This document shows positions 53,386-64,000 of a DNA stretch of 64,000 nt, piece by piece. Source of the DNA: Naegleria gruberi (lineage: Eukaryota); NCBI GenBank assembly GCA_000004985.1, contig GG738881.1; one strand, 5' to 3'. The notes beneath the pieces are model-generated. The model saw nothing but the letters and a program-made list of their open reading frames with translations. It did not search any database and had not been told where the DNA came from. Position numbers and translations under genes: made by a program. How positions within the stretch are numbered: position 1 is the stretch's first letter; every line of letters starts with the position of its first letter.

Positions 53386-54876
53386 CTAGTTAATATCACT
53401 AATTCTCTTGGGTATCATTTGTGTAATGTCCATATCTCCTACATTATATCTCGGCTTTTCCAATGTAATTTCTGCCAATTTTTCATTCTCTGCAAAGAAG
53501 GGAACAAAGCCAGTGCCTGATAGCTCAACTCCTGCAATGTGAAAAGATCGATCGAATGCCTTCAATAATCTGTAATCTTGCTTTCCTGCATCAAGTTCAA
53601 AATATCCCAATCCGTTAAGCCAATGACAAAAATCATTCACTTCACTTCTCTTATCAAATTCAATGAGTTCCATTGCAGAATACTTTGAAACTGGAGAGTG
53701 TGAAACAATATCTTTCAATTCCTTTGTGTAATGATAGACTCTTCCTTTTCCTTTCTTGATATCCTTCAAATAGCCTTGAATAGCTGCATTCTTTTCCATT
53801 CTCATTGAGATTGATTTTAAAATTCTCGAAACGAAATGTTGGCAATTACACAGCAAGGGATTATAATTTTTCGTTCCATTGAACAAGCAACAGATCGAAG
53901 CTATCGATTTGAATGCCTCCATTATATCTCTACTATCATTCAGCATGCCCAAATCAATCACTGCAATGGCATTTGTTGTAATAAACTTATTCCTAACAGA
54001 AACAAGTGAATCATTGTACCAATCCAATTGCCACTGTCCAATTATCAAACCAACATGGAATATTCCAAAAGTAGCAGGTATCAGTGTCCCAGCAATACCA
54101 ATCTTCTTATTAATTTGATTTCCAATCTCTGAAATGACCAACTTTACAGACATTCCAGCAGGAGTTTCCAAAGATCTTCTCTCTGGAGTGTGTCTAATTG
54201 GGAGGTAGAAATTTTCATACAAGAATCGATCTTCACAAACCCAATTCTGTACTTCAGCCACAATTTTAGCTTCCTCCAATTTTTTAGCACAAAATTCAAC
54301 TGCTTTCTTTTCCTTTTTAGTTAACATTTCATCTGAGAATAATTGTAAATGATCTTGAGAGAGGGATTCCCAGTCAACTTGTTTTGCAATAATGGAATGG
54401 CTTGGGTTGAGGGAAGTTTCTAATTTGGAATATGGTGTTTCTTTCAAATTCTTGGAACGTTCATAATCTCTATTGATCTTGGCAATTATTACTCTATCAA
54501 AGAATATATTTAATTCATCATCGGAAACTTGAACTTCTTCGTATTCTTTTAATAATTTACGACATTGCTTGATGATTCTCTTTCTTTCACACGAAACTTC
54601 TGTCTGATCATTTCTATGTATCGATTGATGCAAAGATTTAAATTTTAAACCACCAAATATCAAATTCGTAGAGTTTAGTATGGTTTCGAACCTTTCGAAT
54701 AAATCCTGTGGAACCTCCAAATATTTCATTAGAATTATAAAATCACCATGAGTATATTGATAGATGGGAGTTTCAACTATTCGCAATACTTCTGCCTGTT
54801 GTTTATTGCTAGAGTTGGGCGTTGATGATTTACTGTTGGTTGTTACCTTGGATGCTTTTGACTTGCCTGCTCCCAT
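53386..54876 (-). CDS. N-myristoylated PPPDE/NlpC-P60-superfamily (permuted papain-fold) putative peptidase, paralog A, about 496 aa
   Basis: Start at MGAGKSKAS, a Src-like myristoylation signal; the ORF-finder start lies upstream in a non-coding-looking region. Putative catalytic His FGIFHVGLIIGQW and Cys YNPLLCNCQHFVSRIL (PPPDE NCNHF / LRAT NCEHF). Conserved C-terminal CHWLNGLGYFE...DYRLLKAFDRSFH. Confidence 0.55.
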   Translation of the reverse strand: MGAGKSKASKVTTNSKSSTPNSSNKQQAEVLRIVETPIYQYTHGDFIILMKYLEVPQDLFERFETILNSTNLIFGGLKFKSLHQSIHRNDQTEVSCERKRIIKQCRKLLKEYEEVQVSDDELNIFFDRVIIAKINRDYERSKNLKETPYSKLETSLNPSHSIIAKQVDWESLSQDHLQLFSDEMLTKKEKKAVEFCAKKLEEAKIVAEVQNWVCEDRFLYENFYLPIRHTPERRSLETPAGMSVKLVISEIGNQINKKIGIAGTLIPATFGIFHVGLIIGQWQLDWYNDSLVSVRNKFITTNAIAVIDLGMLNDSRDIMEAFKSIASICCLFNGTKNYNPLLCNCQHFVSRILKSISMRMEKNAAIQGYLKDIKKGKGRVYHYTKELKDIVSHSPVSKYSAMELIEFDKRSEVNDFCHWLNGLGYFELDAGKQDYRLLKAFDRSFHIAGVELSGTGFVPFFAENEKLAEITLEKPRYNVGDMDITQMIPKRISDIN

Positions 54877-55452
54877 GGTTTCGAATACTGCTTTATTTTT
54901 TACCGTTTCGCATAATGTTAATCTTGTGAAAAGAGACAAGTGCCAGCAAATAACATTATGAAATTTACAATAAAGGAAGAAAACATGAAGACAGAACCTC
55001 TTCAGTATCATCACTGATGAAGTAGCCGAAAGTCTCTAATTTCTAATATTGGAATTTTCATTAATATTCCTCTAGTGCAATAAATATTTCCAAATCCAAA
55101 TCTATTTGATGAGAAATTTGCGAAGAAACTCTTTCCGTCTCCATCATGCTTTGTGAAGAAACCAATTCATCATCACTTCTTTCCATCATGATGTATTTAT
55201 TATTATTAAACAATAATAAAAAACATTCGGGTGATGTTGATGAACGAAAAATATATTTCCCTCTCTCGCATTCTTTAACCCTAACACCACATATGAACCA
55301 TATTATAGAATGATAATATTCAAACAATCATACGCTCAGGGTGAATAATTTTCCTTCCCAAATCTTCCTCAGTTAGTATTGTATTTTTATTTTTTTTTAA
55401 AATTGAAAATCGTAACGGCTATTTGATGAACTTCAAACCAAATTAAAAAGAA

Positions 55453-56927
55453 ATGCCTCGAATTCTTAGCTTCCGTGAGGTGATCAGGAATGATATCGAT
55501 TATGCCTACCATTCCAGCACGACCTTCATCGATACAACCTACAGAAAATCGAATAAATTCATCTCCGATGGCGTTAAACAATTGAAAAACAATTGGAAGA
55601 TGAGAAAGCAAAATAGAGCAGAGAAGGAAATTCATCAGAAAACAAAGGCTTTCGAAAGCGAAAAGTATGCTGAAAAGTTGAGAAAGACAATGCCTAGTTA
55701 TGAAGGTTATGATCCGTATGCTAACTTGGGAGCTGGAGAAAGAATTCCTCATGATGCCTTAGTTTTTGTGCAGAAATCAATTATTGAGTTTTATAGGAAG
55801 GAGTTTGAAAAGTCACTTGATGATTTAAAGATTGCAAAGGTTTTGGATTTTAAATTGGATAATGTTTATTTGTATCATTACTTGGTTGGATATATGAGAT
55901 TTTTGAATGGAAAGTTTGCTAAGTCAATTGAGAGTTATAAGAGAGCTATTGAGTTGATGGATAATGTAGCGTTGGATGATTCAGAGTTGATTGGTTCTGT
56001 AGAAAAAGCAATTGTTGAAATAGAAGACAAGATGAAGCATACCTATGACAAGATCATGGACTATTTCAGTAAGGAGAAATCTACAAAGAAAGAATCGATT
56101 GTTAGCAGGGAAGAGCTTCACTATTGTATTGGTGTGTCATATTTTAGTGTTTCTTATTATAGGGATGCTATTAATCACCTCTCTGAGGCCATTTCTAGTA
56201 TGGAACTCTTGGAAAGAAATCAGGATCTTGATACTTTACTTCATCTTGCTTATTATTATAGAGGATATTCCAATTTTGGTAGTCATTCATTCACAACTGC
56301 TATCGAGGATTTTACAAAGAGTTTAGAGTTCAACAATCAAGACGAGAGAGCTAAACTAATGTTGAATAATTCAATGCAGAGAATGGGAGAAGAGCCAAAT
56401 CAAATTTGCCTTGCACCACCACCAACTGCGTTCCACTATAGATTGTTGAATGAGGAAATAATGGGTCATATCTTTAGCTATTTGAGAATTCACAGCCTTA
56501 GGACTCTCTCAATGACCTGTAAATATTGGAAAATTTTATCCATGAAGAGTTTACTTGATAGAGATTTGTGCATTTTACAATATGAGGAGTTTGTTAAGGA
56601 TCCTGACAATACTTTGAAATATGCAAATGAAAGTTCACTTACGGAAAAGCTCTTCATGCCAAAAAAATACCAATGTGAAATCTACACATTAATATATTAT
56701 GTATTGGAATCACCATTTTTCAAACACTACAAGAAGAAACAACGTGATATACATGTCATGTTTCCAAATTTTATTTGTGCTGTTGGTGGTGCTAATAGTT
56801 ATGTTTCGTACTTTTTTGGAAATTGTAAGAAATTGTACCTTTCCTGCATTACGTTTACTTCTATTTCCTACTATTATAATTCTTTTACTGAAAAGAAATA
56901 TCCAGTTGAGGAATTATTCATCATCAA
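55453..56927 (+). CDS. TPR-like plus F-box-like protein, exon 1
   Basis: ATG at 55453. TPR-like helical repeats (AYYYRGYSNFGSHSFTTAIEDFTKSLEFN). F-box-like IMGHIFSYLRIHSLRTLSMTCKYWKIL. Donor ATCAA|GTAAGT at the end of the ORF. Confidence 0.55.
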
Positions 56928-56969
56928 GTAAGTTATCTCACCACACAATTCATACCCAATTTATTCAAG

Positions 56970-57261
56970 TCATACTAACTTCCAATTTGAGGAGAAGCAA
57001 TTTGCTTTTTTTAATACTTATCCAAATTTGAAACACGTTGCATTTGATATCAGGTCTCAAGATATTAAGCGAGATTTGTATAATCCATATTCTGTTAAGC
57101 TCTCACAAACAATAGATACATTCGAATACAGTGAATCATGTGAAGATTATATGAGAACTTTTGTTATTCCATTTAACTCACACATAACTTTCATAGCCTT
57201 TGAGAAAGGTAGAAAGGTTCCTCTTCCTTCGCCTTTTCTTGAAGAGTACCAAAGTTATTGA
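56970..57261 (+). CDS. TPR/F-box protein, putative exon 2
   Basis: The only AG acceptor that restores the frame is TTATTCAAG|T (42-nt intron 56928-56969), joining ...ELFII-N-HTNFQFEEKQFAFFNTYPNLKHVAFD.... ORF 57028-57261 may instead be an unrelated small ORF. Confidence 0.35.
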
Positions 57262-57722
57262 ATACTCAAACGAAAATGTGTACGTTGTAATTGGTAAAAA
57301 GTAAAAAGGAAGTGGGAGCAATCAAGCACTTTCAGCACTTGATTAGACAGCAACCACCCTTATTCCACTTCCCCGAAAAGATCCGGTTATTGCAGCATGG
57401 TTACTCATGTATCGTTAGCATATTCTGGCGAGTTGAAGAGAAACGTGATTGGAAATAAGAAACTTGTGGTTTTAAAAATAAAATTTTAGAAATATCCATT
57501 CTGGAATGGACTTGTGTTGAATGGACACGCACAGAATGAGGCAACACAATGTTATTCATGTTTAAACTCTGTTAGTCCATAGGTTTTGGACTATTATCAA
57601 ACCGAAATTGAGTGGAAAAGATTGAAAGAGCTATTGATGAGAATGATTATATAAACGGTTCACGATTAGAGCAATATCTTTGAAATTGTAATAAATTCTC
57701 TGGTAATTTACAGTACCATTAT

Positions 57723-59309
57723 TTACAAATCACTCAAGGTATCATTTTCTGAAATTGTACTCGTTCCATCGGTTGCACTACCTGTTCCAGTATTGAGAAA
57801 ACATCTCTCTGGAACCAATTGAGCCAATTCCAAATTCTTCACATTGTAAGTTGGCTTATCGAGTGTAATTTCTGAAATCTTATCCTTGGCAAAGAATGAA
57901 ACATATTTGATTCCATTTTCTTCGTATTCATCGGCTACCCACATTCCCAAAGTGTCATCTCTGTTCATGTGAAAAGATCTATCAAATGCTTTCAAAAGTC
58001 TGTAATCTTCCATTCCAGAAACTGAATCAAAATAATTTAAACCATTCAACCAGTGACAAAACTGATCGAGTTGAATTCTTGTTTCGAATTTGATTTTTGA
58101 AAGTGAGGCATACTTTTCATGATGCACATTATTCACTTTGATCAGTTGTTTCAACTCAGATGTATAATGATAAATTCTTCCTTCCTTTCCCTTCTTGATA
58201 TCTTTCAGATATCTAACAATTGATTTGTTTTTTGGTAAACCAACTTGTATGACCTTCAGTAAAAGGGAAACAAAATGTTGGCAATTACACTTGAATTTGT
58301 CATAGATTTTCGAACCATTGAATTCGCAACAAATCTCAGAAATGTCTTCAAACGCAGCCATGATAGAATTTACGTTTGTCAATGGTTCCAAATCAATAAC
58401 AGCAATGCAACCTTTAGATTGAAATACCTTTTCAGTTGCTCTTCTCACTTTCACCACCGAATGAACATCCCAATCAAATTTCCACTCTCCAACAATCAAA
58501 GAAACATGAAAAATTCCAAACGGAAACAAATTACCCAATTGACCCATTTTTCTATTCGGTCTTTCCTCAATTTCTGTAATCACCAACTTGACAGGCATGT
58601 AAGCATCAGATTGAGGATTCACTCTACTCGTATTATATCTAATAGGAAGATAGAAGGTCTCATATAAAAACCTATCTTTACACACCATGTTCTGAATCAT
58701 TTTTCTAAATTCATTCAAAACAGCTTGATGCATTCCTTCACTTTCATTCTTTAATTCTCTTTCTGGTTCTTGTAATTTTTTACAACAATTATCAAAATAT
58801 TGACATTCTTCTTCTGTTAATCGATCCATTTCGAATAATTCCAAATGATCTTTTGACATTTCAAGTTCTTTAACTCTGCCAGCACTCAAAACTCTTGAAC
58901 CATTAATGTCATATTTCGAATATATTGTAGGATGTTTGTAATTTTTAGTTCTTTCAATGTCCATGTTAATTTTTTCAATTACCACATGATCAAGAAAATT
59001 TTCCAAATCTTGTTTCGTCAATTCAATTCCCATTTCTATTGTCTTTCGAATAATTTTATCTTTTTTACGTTGGATAGAGTATGAATTTCTTCGGAGGATG
59101 GCAACAAATAAACTTTCAAAGTAAGAACCATGTAATTCGTATTTAGAAAATGCTTGACTAAACATTTCTTCCTTTTCAAAATTTAAATATTTCATTAGTG
59201 TGATGAAATCCGAATGTTTGTAGAGGTGAATAGGTTTAGAATCCACGGCTAACTGTTGTGATGGAGTTTCGTCTTGTTTCTTGTTGCTGGCGGATAGTTT
59301 CAAGCCCAT
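57723..59309 (-). CDS. N-myristoylated PPPDE/NlpC-P60-superfamily putative peptidase, paralog B, about 528 aa
   Basis: Start at MGLKLSAS (myristoylation signal). Collinear with paralog A: PIHLYKHSDFITLMKYL, FGIFHVSLIVGEW (His), KFKCNCQHFVSLLLK (Cys), YLKDIKKGK, CHWLNGLNYFD...DYRLLKAFDRSFH. Confidence 0.55.
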   Translation of the reverse strand: MGLKLSASNKKQDETPSQQLAVDSKPIHLYKHSDFITLMKYLNFEKEEMFSQAFSKYELHGSYFESLFVAILRRNSYSIQRKKDKIIRKTIEMGIELTKQDLENFLDHVVIEKINMDIERTKNYKHPTIYSKYDINGSRVLSAGRVKELEMSKDHLELFEMDRLTEEECQYFDNCCKKLQEPERELKNESEGMHQAVLNEFRKMIQNMVCKDRFLYETFYLPIRYNTSRVNPQSDAYMPVKLVITEIEERPNRKMGQLGNLFPFGIFHVSLIVGEWKFDWDVHSVVKVRRATEKVFQSKGCIAVIDLEPLTNVNSIMAAFEDISEICCEFNGSKIYDKFKCNCQHFVSLLLKVIQVGLPKNKSIVRYLKDIKKGKEGRIYHYTSELKQLIKVNNVHHEKYASLSKIKFETRIQLDQFCHWLNGLNYFDSVSGMEDYRLLKAFDRSFHMNRDDTLGMWVADEYEENGIKYVSFFAKDKISEITLDKPTYNVKNLELAQLVPERCFLNTGTGSATDGTSTISENDTLSDL

Positions 59310-60358
59310 ATCTTGTGGTTTCGTTCTGATTTTTTTGTGAGTTTTGTGAAAGTTGACATTGGCTAAAAGTAAGAAAAGCATTAGGGCACATTATGCTATT
59401 TAAAATGGTGCCCTTGAATAAACTTGTATCACTGTACCACCTTCTAATAATTTCGAATTGGAAAGAAGACGAATGTTTCCAATTAACAAATTAAAAATTC
59501 AGTTCAGTTATTTCATATTGTAATGTACAACAATAAGAAACCAATTTACTTTTGTTAATCTCAATCTGCAAAGTTGTTAATTACTTCCACTTTTGTTTAC
59601 TTCCATTTATAACAATCTAATTCCCGCCAACAAAATTAAAAAATATATTAAATTAAAAAATGTTGACTTGATCGGAAAGATATGTATCACAAACATGTGT
59701 GATAAATTAAAAACGAAAAGTGTTCGGGATGGTCCATTAATATCGGATGTATTAGCGTGAACCATGTTCGAGCGATCATTTAAAACATGTTTGTTCAAAT
59801 CATTCAATTTGCAATAACGAGAGGATGATTGAAATGAACGTGGTGCACCCGAGGAAGAAGCGAGAGAATCCAACACACCATTACGGCCGTTATCTTGACA
59901 TTTTTATTATCGACAAACGTTACATGAACATTTGTCAATTTACCAACAAATAAGAACGCAACAAAATGTAAAGAGAAGGAGAGCCACTTTATGCTTTGTA
60001 AATATTATTTGTGCTATTTTTGTAGTGTCTGATAATTCTCAATGGTTAGAACAACCCTTAATAGTGTTCATCTCTGACCAAAACAAATTATCAATTGATT
60101 CATCAATTGTTTTTTCAGCGACAGTATAGACACCCTATTTTAGAGTCTTAGCAGATATGGTTATTAATTTGGTGAGGAGGAATTGGAGAGGAACTCTTGG
60201 AGATAGAGTTTGTTGTGTCAGTATCATATTATTCTATGAACTTTCAAGCAATCCGTCATCGATAGGTAAGGCAATCTTGAGAGACTTTTTGAGGGTATTT
60301 CCACTTGCTCACAACTTCATACACACAGAGACTAAAAAGACTCAAAATAACAAACAAA

Positions 60359-62198
60359 ATGAGCGAAATACATACAGAAACGACAGACTCTTCTGGTACC
60401 TCTAAGAGTACCTTCTCGAATAATATGAGGGAAAAGTTTGGAACGTGGATAATGTTGATGAGGAAGGGAAATCCCTCATTGAGCAAACTCTGGTTCATTA
60501 CCAATTTACTGGTAGAAATATACATGTTGTGGTGCGCCATGTTCATACCGACCCTTAAAGATTATAAGTGGGGTTTATATGGGAACTATGTATTTTGGGC
60601 AGCTAACTTTCCCATTGGCTTTCTATTGGACTGGCTTAGCTATTACGATTCAGTAGTAGTAACAATTATATTCTATCTTTTTCTAATAATGTGCTACGCG
60701 ATATTGGCAGTGGCTACATGGAGCAAAGCAAGAGGAAAAAAACATGGACACATCTTTTCGAAAATTCTCACAGTCCTCATGCTCATGTGTCGATTATTCT
60801 TCCCTGCTATTCTGTTTAATATTGTTGGATACTTTGACTGCTCAACAAGTTCTATGATTCCACTGACAGATTTATATTCCCTTAATAGATTTCCAACAGT
60901 GGCATGTGTGGACACACTTAATAGTATTCTGATTTTAATCTCGGTATTTTATTGTATTCTATTGTACATTTTCCTATTGTTATCTGAAATATTAACAATA
61001 GATCTTCATCCAAAGAGTAATAATTTATTCACACGTAATTCATATTGGACGAGTATTGCTATGAGAACAAGTTCATTTGTTGCTATTTTGGTAATGTTTA
61101 CGATTCCAAAAGAGTATGCATTCATCTCAGCAATTGTAAATATTATAACATCAACACTGGTAATGATTAAAACAGTGAGAGGTATACCATTCTATAGAAC
61201 CTATATCAATTCATTAATGTTTGGAGTATCATGTGGATGCATTACAAGCTCATGTGGAACTTTGTTGGCTTTCCTAGTCAATAATTCAGATATGGGAGGA
61301 GATGTATTCAACTACATTGGAATTGGGGTTTCGGGTTTAACGATATTATTGACCATGTTGAGTTTAATTGTTGGATTTGCAGGATTTGAGATTTATCTGC
61401 GGATGATTAGAAAGTGGCTCCTCAAAGAAATTATCAAGCAAATAGATGTCCACAAGAAATATCAAAAGCCAGAAGAAACTACAATAAGCGACAATTTCCT
61501 TCATGTAAATATTTCAGGATTGAAGAGGTCAACAGATGTTCAAGCAGCAGCAATGAGTGACGCAGGTTACAATCAATTTATTCAATATTTGAAAGACTCT
61601 CCTTTCAAGTACAAAAGACCAATACTCCTTCTCTTTCGATTGGATCTGATTAATGAGGAGGTTACTATTGAAAACGGAGAAGAAGAAATTAAACTTCACG
61701 ATATTGTTATGAGATTAGGGAAAGGTATCATTCAAAGAGGATATGAAGATCGCGAAATGTTAGAATCTGTTGCCATGATGTTTGCTTTTTGCCATCATGA
61801 ATCTCAATCATACCTGTCCATAGCCATTGAATTACTGGTTAAAAGTCACAGACATTCATCAATTTTCACACACGGCCTTAGCTCGATTAAAATTAAGGAA
61901 ATACAAAGTTTGGAAGAAGCAGCCAAATCTGATGGTATTGTATCACCTGGATATTTCAAAATCCAAACCATCAAGAAGAATCAAGAGATGATCACTGCTC
62001 TTCATAAGGATTTTTTCAAGGAATTATTAAATGATCCTATCAAGATTTCCAACCTCAAATCAATAATGAGGAAAACCAGTGAACTTTGTAGAACATGTGA
62101 AAATCTATTTAGAACATTGCTATTACATAGAAACAAGCGTATCCTTTATCTGTATGCTAGTTATGTGGAAATTGTGTACTTTGACAAGGAAACAGCCC
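60359..62198 (+). CDS. Large polytopic membrane protein, 5' segment: about 7 TM helices plus a cytosolic domain; interrupted by the assembly gap
   Basis: First ATG at 60359 (MSEIHTET). Seven hydrophobic segments between 60480 and 61440, then a soluble domain. The ORF runs straight into the N-run. Confidence 0.5.
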
Positions 62199-62248
62199 NN
62201 NNNNNNNNNNNNNNNNNNNNNNNNNNNNNNNNNNNNNNNNNNNNNNNN
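62199..62248. other. Assembly gap (50 N)
   Basis: Run of exactly 50 N characters. Confidence 0.95.
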
Positions 62249-62619
62249 ATGACGATTCGGATGATCCTCTATTTGATGACAGCGTAAGCGTTGGTGGAGG
62301 AGCAGGCGAACTGAAAAAGGACTATTTGTTTAGAAATGCTTTGAAATCATCCAAACCAAAAATTGGAGCCAAATCTTTGCTAATAATTTTTATAGTATTG
62401 GGATTAGTAATGATTGCAACTGCCATTGGCTTTTCAGCTTATCATGGAATTGCAATTAAGAGCAACATTTTCAATTCGAGCATTGTTTGCATTCCACAAA
62501 TTATTTCTGCATCAGTTATCAAAAATATCAGATCAATGCAAAACTGGATCAATATATTTGTATTGTCTGGTTATGAATGGCCAACTGAAAGAAATGGATA
62601 CGAGATGCCTTCACCAAGT
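62249..62619 (+). CDS. Large polytopic membrane protein, segment after the gap (frame relative to the 5' segment unknown)
   Basis: Open from the gap edge: DDSDDPLFDDSVSVGGGAGELKKDYLFRNALKSSKPKIGAKSLLIIFIVLGLVMIATAIGFSAY (TM)...MPSPS. Donor AGT|GTAAGT. Confidence 0.45.
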
Positions 62620-62667
62620 GTAAGTGATATTGTTAGTTGAACATACATATGTTAACATTGTTATCAG

Positions 62668-64000
62668 ATATATTTGAGAAATTTCACAGATAGTATTGAG
62701 ACTTCAATTTTCAATATCAGAGAGTTGATAGCATTGGGACAATCTCTTGTGTTTGATGTTTCAACATTAACTTCATACGGTAAATCTATGCATTCATTCA
62801 AAATTCCAAGCGTGAATGGAACTGACGGATTCAATACAAAACAATACATTGGAGAACCAGAAATCAGAAAAGTATCCGTTGTTGAAATTTCTAACTTATT
62901 GATTCAATACATGGACAAACACATGGCTCAATTCCCAGAAACTGACATCTTGAATTATTTCAATTCCACAAGTGAGGCAACAAAAGTAGAAATTCAACAA
63001 AATTTGAAGAATTCAACATTCATGAATCCAGTTAAAGATTATGATTTTATGTTATTATGGCTTAACACACCAATAGCTTCACAAGCATATAAGGATTTTT
63101 GTATTGATTTTGTTGAATTGAGCTCTGATAGTGTTGCCTCACTTCAATATCAATCTCAATATTTCTTCCTTTGTGTTTTAGTATCCTATATTACATTTGG
63201 ATTATGCACGGCTATATATATCATTGTAGAGTTGAGATATATTGATAGATTGATAAAATTATTTGAGAAGGAAATTGGAAAGGATGTTATTGGAAAGATT
63301 TATCAAAAGTTATCGTCAAAGAATGATACTGAAACTTCATTGAGCACTTCTATACTTACAAAATTTGCTAGATTCGATGCCTTTGTAGTCATTTCAATTC
63401 TTGTCATCTCAATGATAGTGCCACTGATTGTTGGTTTAATTTACTATGAAACAAGTTTTAACATTACAACTGCATTGGTAAACTATGTCGATGTTAAATC
63501 AAGTTTTGAATGTGCACAAACAATGATGTTATCATCATTCTACACTACTGAAATGAGCATCTACTTTGCAATTCCATCTTTGAGTTATTCCACCAAGAAC
63601 CTCAAATATTATGGTCATCCTTATTTCAATTCTCGCTCGTTCTCAGAATTAAGCCTAGAGATAAAACAACAAGCTGATACTGCAAGCGCTAACTGGAATG
63701 ATTTATTATATGGAGATGTTAACAAAACCAATGATCTTCCAGTTTTGGGATCATATCCAACTGTTGATAACCTGCTGTATGGTGAAAAAAACTGTAGCCT
63801 CTATTTACAACAAAGAAATATTCCATTTTCCTATGATTCCTTCATTGAATATTGTCATGGGCTAGAAAATGTAGTGACTGAATACTTGGCACTGACTTCT
63901 GAAGTGACTGAGAATACTAGAGATCATTATCTGACACAATCAAGAAATCCCAATATTATAATAGATCCATTGGATATTTATTTACAACACCATGATCTAT
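62668..64000 (+). CDS. Large polytopic membrane protein, 3' segment; open to the window end (3'-truncated)
   Basis: Acceptor TTATCAG|ATA (48-nt intron 62620-62667 with two in-frame stops). Uninterrupted reading frame of more than 440 codons to position 64000, with at least 2 further TM helices (FFLCVLVSYITFGLCTAIYIIVEL; FVVISILVISMIVPLIVGLIYY) and N-glycosylation-rich loops. Confidence 0.5.
   Translation, partial: MYLRNFTDSIETSIFNIRELIALGQSLVFDVSTLTSYGKSMHSFKIPSVNGTDGFNTKQYIGEPEIRKVSVVEISNLLIQYMDKHMAQFPETDILNYFNSTSEATKVEIQQNLKNSTFMNPVKDYDFMLLWLNTPIASQAYKDFCIDFVELSSDSVASLQYQSQYFFLCVLVSYITFGLCTAIYIIVELRYIDRLIKLFEKEIGKDVIGKIYQKLSSKNDTETSLSTSILTKFARFDAFVVISILVISMIVPLIVGLIYYETSFNITTALVNYVDVKSSFECAQTMMLSSFYTTEMSIYFAIPSLSYSTKNLKYYGHPYFNSRSFSELSLEIKQQADTASANWNDLLYGDVNKTNDLPVLGSYPTVDNLLYGEKNCSLYLQQRNIPFSYDSFIEYCHGLENVVTEYLALTSEVTENTRDHYLTQSRNPNIIIDPLDIYLQHHDL

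Noticed and set aside
56928-56991. 64-nt intron ending at TTTGAG|G with a yeast-like TACTAAC upstream in the TPR/F-box gene
   Set aside because: Out of frame with the downstream ORF 57028-57261. Only the 42-nt alternative (acceptor at 56969) restores the frame, which puts TACTAAC in the exon.
57300-57360. Apparent hairpin/palindrome around caatcaagcactttcagcacttgattag
   Set aside because: On inspection it is a short direct repeat (agcact...agcact) with only 6-bp terminal complementarity, not a stable inverted repeat.
1-64000. Prokaryote-style features (CRISPR arrays, operons, IS elements, defence islands)
   Set aside because: Spliceosomal introns, Pol III tRNA with intron, eukaryotic initiator tRNA, and eukaryote-specific genes (kinesin, DBR1, NOX, F-box, HMG) show this is nuclear eukaryotic DNA. 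No direct-repeat/spacer arrays or transposase ORFs were seen.

Overview
This window is eukaryotic nuclear DNA: AT-rich (roughly one-third GC by eye), gene-dense, genes on both strands. I count about 35 protein-coding genes and two Pol III tRNA genes, an intron-containing tRNA-Tyr(GTA) and an initiator-type tRNA-Met. Most genes are single long exons. Where introns exist they are tiny spliceosomal introns of 41-127 nt (one of 347 nt), with GTAAGT/GTATGT/GTTTGT/GTGAGT donors and AG acceptors. I found no prokaryotic operons, CRISPR arrays, rRNA, or recognisable transposons. A 50-nt run of N at 62199-62248 is an assembly gap.

Products I recognise from the translations:
- DUF4116 repeat protein (283-2811)
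- large PH + NmrA-like + VPS9 + DUF547 protein (2882-8476)
- SDR/retinol-dehydrogenase-like (9101-10271)
- PP2C phosphatase (11589-12458)
- acyl-protein thioesterase-like hydrolase (12568-13458)
- ENPP nucleotide pyrophosphatase (13850-15429)
- CAMK-like kinase (15781-17265)
- 6TM Kv-type K+ channel (17461-18930)
- NADPH oxidase (23235-25266)
- DBR1 debranching enzyme (25397-27034)
- LigT/2H-like phosphoesterase (27261-28025)
- Q/N-rich protein (29362-30700)
- RNI-type LRR protein (30838-31995)
- short tRNase Z (32117-33094)
- ependymin-related secreted protein (33401-34093)
- three DEG/ENaC-like channel paralogs (34126-35280, 35450-36662, 36844-37803)
- cathepsin C (37906-39721)
- endonuclease V (39737-40731)
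- F-box protein (40975-41550)
- cytochrome P450 (41880-43668)
- Omega/Xi-class GST (43926-44891)
- SPKK-rich H1-like protein (46155-47183)
- SAM-domain protein (47218-48270)
- kinesin-8 (48921-52108)
- tandem HMG-box protein (52394-53239)
- TPR/F-box protein (55453-57261)
- two paralogous N-myristoylated PPPDE/NlpC-P60-like proteins (53386-54876, 57723-59309)
- large polytopic membrane protein running off the 3' end (60359 onward)

Most interesting:
1. Compact cluster of three DEG/ENaC-type channel genes with 0, 2 and at least 4 introns.
2. NADPH oxidase with an SH3 domain inserted in-frame in its dehydrogenase domain.
3. Duplicated myristoylated PPPDE-like proteins flanking a TPR/F-box gene.
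4. Two ORF-finder 'genes' (PH-domain and VPS9) that are one spliced gene.
5. Protein whose N-terminus copies the histone H3 tail (ARTK-TAR).
6. Repeated convergent gene pairs whose stop codons lie 6-17 bp apart.

The source taxon cannot be fixed from sequence alone. It looks like an intron-poor, AT-rich protist or early-branching eukaryote.
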